Assembly (NCBI GenBank): GCA_963738405.1
Contig: CAVTWJ010000014.1
Location: forward strand, 160,001-224,000
DNA: 64,000 nucleotides
Reading direction: 5' to 3'
DNA from: a candidate division FCPU426 bacterium
GTDB taxonomy: Bacteria > Oederibacteriota > Muellerivitia > Muellerivitales > Muellerivitaceae
Shown here: in pieces, positions 9,316 to 17,680 of the stretch
How the letters are laid out: each line of letters begins with the position of its first letter
Numbering within the stretch: the first letter of the stretch is position 1
Position numbers and translations under genes: made by a program
Notes under the pieces: model-generated
Seen by the model: the letters and a program-made list of their open reading frames with translations, nothing else
The model's database searches: none
What the model was told of the DNA's origin: nothing

Positions 9316-11388
9316 TTAAACCAAGCCCAGCGTTACCAAAATCATGTCGATCAACTTGATTCCCACAAATGGAACTATGAGCCCTCCCACGCCATAAACC
9401 AAAAAATTATCCTGAAGGAGTTTGGAAGCCGAAGCGGGCCTATATTTGACGCCCTTCAGGGCCAGGGGCACCAAAAAGACGATGATGACGGCGTTAAAGA
9501 TCACCGCCGATAAAATCGCGCTTTGGGGCGTGGCCAGCCGCATAATATTCAAGGCGTTCAGCTCCGGATAGGTCAGGGCGAAGGCCGCGGGGATGATGGC
9601 GAAATATTTCGCAACGTCGTTGGCGATGGAAAAAGTGGTCAATGAACCCCGAGTCATCAAGAGCTGTTTTCCGATCTTGACCACCTCGATCAGCTTGGTG
9701 GGGTTGGAATCCAGGTCCACCATGTTGCCCGCTTCCTTGGCGGCCTGGGTGCCGGTATTCATGGCCACCGCCACGTCCGCCTGGGCTAGGGCCGGAGCGT
9801 CGTTGGTGCCGTCTCCCGCCATGGCTACCAGCCTGCCACCCGCCTGCGATTCGCGGATCAGCTTAAGCTTGGCTTCCGGCGTGGCCTGAGCCAAAAAGTC
9901 ATCCACGCCCGCTTCCGCCGCGATGGCCGCCGCCGTCAGGGGGTTGTCTCCCGTGATCATGACCGTCTTGATGCCCATACGGCGAAGCTCGGCAAATCTT
10001 TCCTGGATGCCGCCCTTCACGATGTCCTTGAGGTGGATGACCCCCAAGACCCTCTTCCCATCGGCTACCACCAGGGGAGTCCCGCCCAACCGGGCGATGG
10101 AATCCACGCCCTTGCGGACATCTTCGGGGTACTTGCCCCCCTGGTCTTTCACGTAATTTTCGATGGACTCTGCCGCGCCCTTGCGAACCGCGCGCTTGCC
10201 GATATCCACGCCGCTCATGCGGGTCTGGGCCGTAAAGGGCACGAAGGTGGCGTGCAAGTCCTTAATTTCCTGCCCCCGCAAGCCGTACTTTTCTTTGGCC
10301 AAAACCACGATACTGCGGCCCTCAGGCGTCTCATCGGCCAAGGAGGAGAGTTGTGCCGCCTCAGCCAGTTCTTTGATATCCACGTCGGAGGCGGGGATAA
10401 GTTCGGTGGCCTGCCGGTTGCCTAAAGTGATGGTTCCCGTCTTGTCGAGAAGAAGCATATCCACGTCACCAGCGGCCTCCACCGCCCGGCCCGACATGGC
10501 GATCACATTGGCCTGGATCATCCGGTCCATGCCCGCAATGCCGATGGCGGACAGAAGCCCGCCGATGGTGGTCGGCGCCAGACACACGAAGAGGGCCACC
10601 AAGACCGTCACAGTAACCACCTTCCCAGCCCCCGAAACCGCTACGCTGTAGATGGAATAGGGAAGCAATGTGGCGCAAACGATAAGAAATACGATGGTCA
10701 GGGCTGCCAACAATATATTGAGGGCAATCTCATTGGGCGTCTTTTGGCGCTTGGCGCCTTCCACCATGGAAATCATGCGGTCCAAAAAGGATTCCCCTGG
10801 ATTGGAAGACACCTTCACAATCAGCCAGTCAGAAATAACCCGGGTTCCCCCGGTCACCGCGCTGCGGTCGCCGCCCGATTCACGCACCACGGGGGCGGAT
10901 TCGCCTGTAATGGCGCTTTCATCTACCATCGCGATCCCCACCACGGCCTCCCCATCGGCGGGAACGAAATCACCCGCTTCCACCAGCACCAGGTCACCCT
11001 TGCGCAGGTCGCCGGACAAAATTTCGGTTTGTTTGGAATCCTTATCGGCCTTGGATAGTTTCTTGGCTTTCACTTCCTGCCTGCTTTTGCGCAGGGTGTC
11101 GGCCTGAGCCTTGCCCCGTCCTTCCGCCATGGCCTCGGCGAAATTGGCAAAAACCACGGTGAACCAAAGCCAGATCGCCACGGCGAAAATGAATCCTGGC
11201 GCCGATTCCCCCTTGCCACTCAGGGCCTGGAGCCAAAGCCCGGTCGTGAGGATGCTTCCCACGTAAACCGTGAACATGACCGGATTTTTGATCATGTGGG
11301 CAGGCGCCAACTTTTTGAAAGATTCCATGATTGCCCTGCGGGTAATCTCGGGATCGAATAATTTATGGGCCTTCGTATGTTCCGTCAT
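9316..11388 (-). CDS. kdpB: K+-transporting P-type ATPase subunit B (alternative in-frame start at 11529)
   Basis: KNPVMF, TGES, DKTGT phosphorylation motif, [28 protein letters not shown] before the ATG at 11388. Confidence 0.97.
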   Translation of the reverse strand: MTEHTKAHKLFDPEITRRAIMESFKKLAPAHMIKNPVMFTVYVGSILTTGLWLQALSGKGESAPGFIFAVAIWLWFTVVFANFAEAMAEGRGKAQADTLRKSRQEVKAKKLSKADKDSKQTEILSGDLRKGDLVLVEAGDFVPADGEAVVGIAMVDESAITGESAPVVRESGGDRSAVTGGTRVISDWLIVKVSSNPGESFLDRMISMVEGAKRQKTPNEIALNILLAALTIVFLIVCATLLPYSIYSVAVSGAGKVVTVTVLVALFVCLAPTTIGGLLSAIGIAGMDRMIQANVIAMSGRAVEAAGDVDMLLLDKTGTITLGNRQATELIPASDVDIKELAEAAQLSSLADETPEGRSIVVLAKEKYGLRGQEIKDLHATFVPFTAQTRMSGVDIGKRAVRKGAAESIENYVKDQGGKYPEDVRKGVDSIARLGGTPLVVADGKRVLGVIHLKDIVKGGIQERFAELRRMGIKTVMITGDNPLTAAAIAAEAGVDDFLAQATPEAKLKLIRESQAGGRLVAMAGDGTNDAPALAQADVAVAMNTGTQAAKEAGNMVDLDSNPTKLIEVVKIGKQLLMTRGSLTTFSIANDVAKYFAIIPAAFALTYPELNALNIMRLATPQSAILSAVIFNAVIIVFLVPLALKGVKYRPASASKLLQDNFLVYGVGGLIVPFVGIKLIDMILVTLGLV

Positions 11389-11529
11389 TTTTTGTTCTCC
11401 TTTTTTCGGACTGTCAATAACTTGCGGGACCGTCTGGGTCGCCTTGATTTTGTTCTTCTTTGTGGGTTTCGATCTGGCCCTGGATTTGCGCAAGGCCGTT
11501 TTTCTCTTAGGTTTGCTTTTCGCTTTCAT

Positions 11530-13323
11530 TTACATCGCCATCATTTTCAGCTGTTCCACAATCGGGCCCAGGGCCATGGCCGGAAAAAAGACCAGCGCGC
11601 CCACGATCAATACGGTGGAAATCAGCATGACAATGAAAAGAAAGGTATGCGTCGGAAGGGTTCCCGCGCTTTCCGGCACGATCTTCTTTTTGGCTAAGCT
11701 TCCGGCGATGGCCAAAACGGGTATCTTGATCCAAAAACGGCCGAACCAGATAGCCACCGCTCCCAACAGGTCATAAAAGGTATTGCCCGAAAGTCCGGCG
11801 AAGGCGCTTCCGTTGTTGTTCGACATAGAGGCGAAAGCATAAAGAATCTCAGAAAAGCCATGGGCTCCGGGGTTGTTGGTTCCAGGCCCGCCGATCGCCA
11901 CGGCGATGGCCGTACAGATCAGGACCAAAAGGGCGGGGATCAGGATGGCGATGGAAGCCATCTTGGTCTCGAAAGTTTGCAGCTTCTTGCCCAGGTACTC
12001 GGGCGTGCGGCCCACCATAAGCCCCGACACGAAGACCGCCACGATGACGAAAGCCAGCATGCCGTAAAGCCCGCAGCCCACCCCTCCGAAAATGACTTCC
12101 CCTAATTCGATGAGCCACAAGGGCACCAGCCCCCCCATGGGCGTGTAGGAATCGTGCATGGAATTGACGGAACCGTTGGACGTGGCCGTGCAGGAGGAGG
12201 CCCAAAGGGCCGAATTGACGATACCAAACCGCACTTCCTTTCCTTCCATATTCCCGTCGTGCAAGCTCTCGCCGTGGGCGCCTGCCGTGAGCCTATTGAG
12301 AAGGGGATTGCCAGCCTGCTCGGAGGCAAAACAGAGATAAAACATGGGGGCAAAGATAAGGAACATCGCTAATATCAGCGACCACCCCTGCCGCCGATCC
12401 TTAACCATGACCCCGAAGGTGTAAAACTGGGCTATGGGAACAAGAAGGATGGCCAAAAGCTCCAGGAAATCGGTCAGGGGCGTGGGATTCTCATAGGGGT
12501 GAGCCGAGTTGACGTTCATGAACCCTCCGCCATTGGTGAAGGCTTCTTTTACCGATTCCTGCGATGCCATGGGTCCCAGGGCTATCGATTGTTCGGTCAC
12601 CGTCACGTGTGTCATCTCGGGCTTGCCGTCCTTGCCCGTGACAGGCGCGCCCGCGGATGTGGTCACCGGTTGGTCGTAGCCTGTAGCTTGAACCAGGGAT
12701 GCTGTGGGAAAGGCGCTGAAGGTTTGAGGCGTACCCTGCTGGATCAAAACCAGGGCGAAAACGAAGCTGATAGGAAACACGATATAGAGTGTGCCCCGGG
12801 TCAAATCGACCCAAAAATTGCCCAGCAGGGTGGTTTCCCGGCGGGCGATACCCCGGATGAGTGCGATCATGACCGCCAGCCCGGAGGCCGCGCACACGAA
12901 ATTCTGGACCGCCAGGCCCGCCATCTGGGTCAGGTTGCTCATGGTGGTCTCGCCGCCGTAGAACTGCCAGTTGGTGTTGGTGATGAAGCTGATGGCGGTG
13001 TTCAAGGACAGGTCGGGCGGAACGGCGCTTTGGCCCGCGGGGTTCAGAGGCAGGTATTGCTGAACCCGCATGAGGGTATAGAGAACCACCCCTCCCATAA
13101 TATTAAAGAAGAGCATGGCCAGCGCGTAGCCCTTCCAATCCATCTCCTTTTTGGGGTCCATCCCGCAGATTCGGTAGATCATCCTTTCCAGCCAACCCAG
13201 CCATTTTTCCATAAAGAAGGGCCCGTCCCCGTAAACCTTGGCCATATAAAGCCCAGCGGGTTTTACGAGAACTAAAAGCACCGTAAAGAAAAATATGATT
13301 TGCACCCATTGATTCGTCATCAT
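11530..13323 (-). CDS. kdpA: K+-transporting ATPase subunit A
   Basis: Selectivity-filter motifs TNTNWQ, TNGGG, SNGSVN, NNGSAF; GLMVGRTPEYLGKK; ALGPIVE. Confidence 0.97.
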   Translation of the reverse strand: MMTNQWVQIIFFFTVLLVLVKPAGLYMAKVYGDGPFFMEKWLGWLERMIYRICGMDPKKEMDWKGYALAMLFFNIMGGVVLYTLMRVQQYLPLNPAGQSAVPPDLSLNTAISFITNTNWQFYGGETTMSNLTQMAGLAVQNFVCAASGLAVMIALIRGIARRETTLLGNFWVDLTRGTLYIVFPISFVFALVLIQQGTPQTFSAFPTASLVQATGYDQPVTTSAGAPVTGKDGKPEMTHVTVTEQSIALGPMASQESVKEAFTNGGGFMNVNSAHPYENPTPLTDFLELLAILLVPIAQFYTFGVMVKDRRQGWSLILAMFLIFAPMFYLCFASEQAGNPLLNRLTAGAHGESLHDGNMEGKEVRFGIVNSALWASSCTATSNGSVNSMHDSYTPMGGLVPLWLIELGEVIFGGVGCGLYGMLAFVIVAVFVSGLMVGRTPEYLGKKLQTFETKMASIAILIPALLVLICTAIAVAIGGPGTNNPGAHGFSEILYAFASMSNNNGSAFAGLSGNTFYDLLGAVAIWFGRFWIKIPVLAIAGSLAKKKIVPESAGTLPTHTFLFIVMLISTVLIVGALVFFPAMALGPIVEQLKMMAM

Positions 13324-13357
13324 TTTATTTTCTCCATTTTCAAAAAGTTAAATTCTC

Positions 13358-13447
13358 TTAGAACCATTCCGGTTTCATCATGGCTATCACCAAATAGACT
13401 AAAAGCCCCGCCGAAACGATTCCGCTCACGATGTAAACCGCGCTCAT
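13358..13447 (-). CDS. kdpF: K+-transporting ATPase subunit F (29 aa)
   Basis: Hand-translated MSAVYIVSGIVSAGLLVYLVIAMMKPEWF*; carries the YL..A...PE.F signature; GGAGG RBS; upstream of kdpA. Confidence 0.9.
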   Translation of the reverse strand: MSAVYIVSGIVSAGLLVYLVIAMMKPEWF

Positions 13448-13542
13448 GATTCGCCTCCCATCATTTTGTCCAGGGCGTAAATGAGCCAAATGGACGACCC
13501 CGACAAAGCGATAAAAATTCCAACACAATAAAGTTCGAGCAT
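13444..13542 (-). CDS. 32-aa single-TM protein upstream of kdpF
   Basis: MLELYCVGIFIALSGSSIWLIYALDKMMGGES*; AAGGAG RBS; its stop overlaps the kdpF start (ATGA). Confidence 0.7.
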   Translation of the reverse strand: MLELYCVGIFIALSGSSIWLIYALDKMMGGES

Positions 13543-13912
13543 TTTTTTCTCCTTAACATTTCAGAAATGGCTTTTTAAACTTTCTCCCCTTGCGTGAAAA
13601 CCGTAAGGGTTTTCGCCTCCTTCCGCATCTCTCTTTTGCGGGTCCAATGGGCGAAATAACCCATGCCCAGCACCAAGGCCCCCCAAAGGAGTGGGCTCAT
13701 TAAAAACAAGACCCTTTCCACGGAACACCTCCACAATGAAAACAAGCCTCAACAACTCATCTGCTGTCGAAGAAACAATACGGCGAAAGGGGATATGGAT
13801 GCTGTTAAGAGGGATGAAGTAATAATTAGGGAAAAATAAATATGGCTGTTTTATGGAGCCTTTTCCTGTCCGCTTCCCCGCCAGAAGCGTAAAATCATCT
13901 TGAACATGAAAG

Positions 13913-16639
13913 GTGGTTCTTGTGCCGATCGAAGTTTTTCCCCATGACGATAAAAGACCCGATCCGGACCAGCTTTTAAAACAGGTCCAGGCAGAGGAAA
14001 AGGCCCAAAAAAGAGGGAAACTTAAGATTTTCTTCGGAGCCGCCCCCGGGGTCGGAAAAACCTACGCCATGCTGGAAGCCGCCCGCGCCAAGAAGGCGGA
14101 GGGACTGGATGTGGTGGTTGGAGTGGTGGAAACCCATGGCCGCTCGGCCACCGCTTCCCTGGCGGAGGGTTTGGAAATCCTGCCCTCCACGGAAGTGGAC
14201 TACAAGGGAACCCGTTTGAAGGAAATGGATATCGACGGGGCCTTGAAGCGGCGCCCCGGCCTCTTATTAGTAGATGAACTGGCCCACACCAACGCCCCGG
14301 GTTCCCGCCACCCCAAACGCTGGCAGGACGTGGAAGAACTCTTGGATAGCGGAGTCAATGTCTATTCCACCCTGAACGTCCAGCACCTGGAAAGCCTTAA
14401 CGACATCGTGGCCCAAATCACCGGCGTCATCGTCAAGGAAACCCTTCCGGACAAGGTCTTGCAGACCGCCGACGAGGTGGAATTGATCGACCTTCCATCG
14501 GACGACCTGTTGAAGCGCCTGATGGAAGGGAAGGTGTACCGGCCCGAACAAGCTCAAAAGGCGGGCAACAATTTTTTCCGCAAAGGAAACCTGACGGCGC
14601 TCCGGGAAATTGCCCTGCGTACCACCGCCGACCGGGTCAACGACCAGGTGCTGGTTTACCGCAAGGACAAGGCCATCACCCAGACCTGGGCCACGGTGGA
14701 GCGCATCCTGGTTTGCGCGGGGCCCAGCCCCTCCTCTGCCAGCTTGGTAAGGGCCGCCCACCGCATGGCCAAATCCCTCAGGGCCGGGTGGATCGCCCTT
14801 TATGTTGAAACTCCGGCCCTAGCCCGACAGGGTGAAGATGTCAGGGGAAAAGCCGTTCAAAACCTGCGCCTAGCCGAGCAGTTGGGGGCGGATACTGCCA
14901 TTGTCAGCGCACCCTCTTTCGCCGAGGAGGTCATCGATTACGCTCGACACCGCAACGTGACTAAGATTTTCGTGGGAAAACCCCCAAAGCACGACTGGCG
15001 TTCCCTCTTTCGGCCATCGCCTGTTGACCAACTGATCCGCATGAGCGGCGACATTGATGTTTACGCCACAAGGGGCGAATCGGCCGATCCCCGGGAAAAA
15101 AAGACAACCGCACCCCGCCTTGCCAAAGAACTCTTCAATATAAAGGGATACCTCTATGCCCTTTTAGCGGTAGCGGCGAGCACCGGCCTCGCCTGGTTTC
15201 TCTATCCCAGCGTGGACCTAGCCAACCTGATCATGGTCTATCTTTTAGGCACCCTAGCCGTTTCGTCGAAACAAGGTTTCGGTCCTTCCACCACGGCTTC
15301 TTTTTTAAGCGTCATCGCCTTCGATTTCTTCTTCGTGCCCCCCCGTTTCTCCTTCGCCGTTTCCGACACCCAGTACATCTTCATGTTCCTGGTAATGCTG
15401 TTGGTGGGCCTTTCCATCAGCAATCTGACGGTAAGGGTGCGCCGCCAGGCACAGGTTTCCCGATTGAGAGAGCGCCGCACAGCGGCCCTCTATGCCCTCT
15501 CGCGCGAACTGGCCTCCACGCGCGGCACGGCCGAACTATTGGAAATCGCGGTCAAGCACATCTCGGAAGTTTTTGAGAGTTCGGTCATTGCCTTTCTTCC
15601 TAATTCGGAAGGGAGGTTAAAAATCCAATGCGGCGACCAGGAGGCCTTTAATCTGTCCCCTAAAGAGATGGGCGTGGCCCATTGGGCCTATGACTTAGGA
15701 CAAATGGCCGGACGGGGAACGGATACCCTGCCCTCGACCGAAGCCCTTTACGTCCCCCTCCTGGCCTCGGGAGCGCCTGTGGGGGCCCTGGGCGTGAAAC
15801 CAAAGGACGCCGAGCGTCTTTTCATCCCTGAGCAATTGCATCTTTTGGAAGCCTTCGCCCACCAGACCGCCCTGGCCGTGGCGGGGGACAAACTCGAGGA
15901 AAAACAACGGGAAACCCAAATGCAGATGGAAGCCGAAAAACTGCGCAGTTCCCTTTTAAGCTCCGTTTCCCACGACCTTCGAACCCCTCTGGCGGCCATT
16001 ACCGGCTCCATCTCGAGCCTATTGGTCAACGGCAAAAAACTGGATGAAACCACCCGCTATGACCTGTTACTCAACGTTCATGATGAGGCCGAACGTTTGG
16101 AAAGGCTGGTGACCAACCTTTTGGAAATGACCAAGCTGGAGGCCAAGGCGGTTCGTCCCAAACTGGAAGCCCAGCATCCCGGGGAAGTGATCGGTTCAGC
16201 CCTAATGCGGGTTGAAAAAAAGCTGGAAGGCCGGCAAATCACGACTCATCTGGCCCCCGACCTTCCGTTGGTGCCCATGGATGCCCTCTTGATCGAGCAG
16301 GTTTTGGTGAACCTTCTGGAAAACGCCGTAAAATATGCTCCCCCTGACAGCCCCATTGAATTATCGGCGCAGGTTGAGAAAAACCATTTAACGGTGGAGG
16401 TAGCGGACCATGGTCCGGGCCTGCCGGAAGAAGATCTGGAAAAGGTATTCGAGAAATTTTACCGGGGACCCCAAAAGGAGAAAAAAGGCGGAGCGGGACT
16501 TGGTCTTGCCATCTGCAAGGGCATCGTTGAAATTCACGGGGGGATCATCGAGGCGAAAAACCGCCCGGGTGGGGGGGCTCAGTTTAAATTCACCATTCCC
16601 CTGGCGCCTCCGGCGCCAGAACCAGCCAATGGAGCGTGA
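13913..16639 (+). CDS. kdpD: Sensor histidine kinase KdpD (likely start GTG at 13922)
   Basis: GKLKIFFGAAPGVGKTYAML, DELAHTN, HPKRWQDV, USP domain, 4 TM, GAF, SVSHDLRTPL H-box, NLLENAVKY, GLGLAIC. Confidence 0.96.
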   Translation: MVLVPIEVFPHDDKRPDPDQLLKQVQAEEKAQKRGKLKIFFGAAPGVGKTYAMLEAARAKKAEGLDVVVGVVETHGRSATASLAEGLEILPSTEVDYKGTRLKEMDIDGALKRRPGLLLVDELAHTNAPGSRHPKRWQDVEELLDSGVNVYSTLNVQHLESLNDIVAQITGVIVKETLPDKVLQTADEVELIDLPSDDLLKRLMEGKVYRPEQAQKAGNNFFRKGNLTALREIALRTTADRVNDQVLVYRKDKAITQTWATVERILVCAGPSPSSASLVRAAHRMAKSLRAGWIALYVETPALARQGEDVRGKAVQNLRLAEQLGADTAIVSAPSFAEEVIDYARHRNVTKIFVGKPPKHDWRSLFRPSPVDQLIRMSGDIDVYATRGESADPREKKTTAPRLAKELFNIKGYLYALLAVAASTGLAWFLYPSVDLANLIMVYLLGTLAVSSKQGFGPSTTASFLSVIAFDFFFVPPRFSFAVSDTQYIFMFLVMLLVGLSISNLTVRVRRQAQVSRLRERRTAALYALSRELASTRGTAELLEIAVKHISEVFESSVIAFLPNSEGRLKIQCGDQEAFNLSPKEMGVAHWAYDLGQMAGRGTDTLPSTEALYVPLLASGAPVGALGVKPKDAERLFIPEQLHLLEAFAHQTALAVAGDKLEEKQRETQMQMEAEKLRSSLLSSVSHDLRTPLAAITGSISSLLVNGKKLDETTRYDLLLNVHDEAERLERLVTNLLEMTKLEAKAVRPKLEAQHPGEVIGSALMRVEKKLEGRQITTHLAPDLPLVPMDALLIEQVLVNLLENAVKYAPPDSPIELSAQVEKNHLTVEVADHGPGLPEEDLEKVFEKFYRGPQKEKKGGAGLGLAICKGIVEIHGGIIEAKNRPGGGAQFKFTIPLAPPAPEPANGA

Positions 16640-16699
16640 AAGAAATTCAGAGGCCCGTATAGAACTGGGTTTATATTAGTTTCCTGAGGGAGGAGCCCC

Positions 16700-17395
16700 A
16701 TGGTTGATACCGGAACGATCCTATTAATAGAAGATGAATTGCCTATCCGCCGGTTCCTTAAGCCTACCTTGACCAGCCAGGGTTTTAAGGTGCTGGAAAG
16801 TGAAAAGGGAGAAGAGGGCCTGGCTTTAGCTAGTTCCCATAACCCCGACCTGGTACTTTTGGATTTAGGATTGCCCGATATGGACGGGTTGGAAGTCTTG
16901 AGGCGCCTGCGGGAATGGTCCACGGTGCCGGTCATTATCATCACCGCCCGGGGCAAGGAAAAGGACAAGATCGCCGGGCTCGATGCCGGCGCCGACGATT
17001 ACCTGACCAAACCCTTCGGCGTTGGGGAACTGATGGCCCGTTTAAGGGTGGCCTTGAGGCATTCTCAAAGGGTCAAGCAAGGCCGGGAAGAATCGGTTTT
17101 CGAGACCCCCGACTTCAAGGTGGACCTAGCCGCCCGGGTCGTGACCGTGCGGGGCAAAGAAGTGCACCTAACCCCCAACGAATACGACCTATTGGCGGTA
17201 TTAATAAGGTTCGCGGGAAAGGTGGTTACCCAAAAGCAGATTTTGAAGGAAGTTTGGGGGCCTGCCAGCGGGGACCAAATCCAGTACCTGCGCATCTACA
17301 TCTATCAACTGCGCCATAAGCTAGAAGCCGATCCCGACCGGCCGCAGTACATCCTGACCGAATCGGGTGTGGGTTACCGCCTTAAAGCGGAATAG
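16700..17395 (+). CDS. kdpE: Response regulator KdpE (OmpR family)
   Basis: LLDLGLPDMDG, GADDYLTKPFG, LRIYIYQLRHKLE, TESGVGYRL; follows kdpD. Confidence 0.93.
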   Translation: MVDTGTILLIEDELPIRRFLKPTLTSQGFKVLESEKGEEGLALASSHNPDLVLLDLGLPDMDGLEVLRRLREWSTVPVIIITARGKEKDKIAGLDAGADDYLTKPFGVGELMARLRVALRHSQRVKQGREESVFETPDFKVDLAARVVTVRGKEVHLTPNEYDLLAVLIRFAGKVVTQKQILKEVWGPASGDQIQYLRIYIYQLRHKLEADPDRPQYILTESGVGYRLKAE

Positions 17396-17669
17396 GTTCC
17401 TTTTCAGGCCCCAGGCCAAAGGAAGCTGCGTTCATCTTGACCTTCCGGCATCGCGCCAAGAGCCTAGCCGTTTCGTTGACTTGGTAGTTCAGGCTTTTCA
17501 CAACTTCCAATACCCTTTGGCGGGTTTCTTCGGTGATGCGTGGGTCATTGCTCATCACCATCGACACGGTCGCTTTGCAAACCTTGGCCCTTTCAGCGAC
17601 ATCCTCCATGGTCGGCTTGTTCCTGCTTAAAGATCGAATTCCAATCATCGTGGTTCCCTTTTCTTCCAT
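17382..17669 (-). CDS. Stand-alone LacI-family DNA-binding headpiece (no effector domain)
   Basis: PTMEDVAERAKVCKATVSMVMS...ITEETRQRVLEVVKSLNYQVNETARLLA is a LacI HTH plus hinge helix; ATG at 17669 (or 17648); about 95 aa. Confidence 0.75.
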   Translation of the reverse strand: MEEKGTTMIGIRSLSRNKPTMEDVAERAKVCKATVSMVMSNDPRITEETRQRVLEVVKSLNYQVNETARLLARCRKVKMNAASFGLGPEKEPIPL

Positions 17670-17680
17670 AGTTTCCCCCG

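Noticed and set aside
13561..13755. 64-aa ORF in the kdp upstream region, and a c-di-AMP riboswitch
   Set aside because: The ORF has no recognisable features, and the conserved ydaO riboswitch segments were not found by eye.
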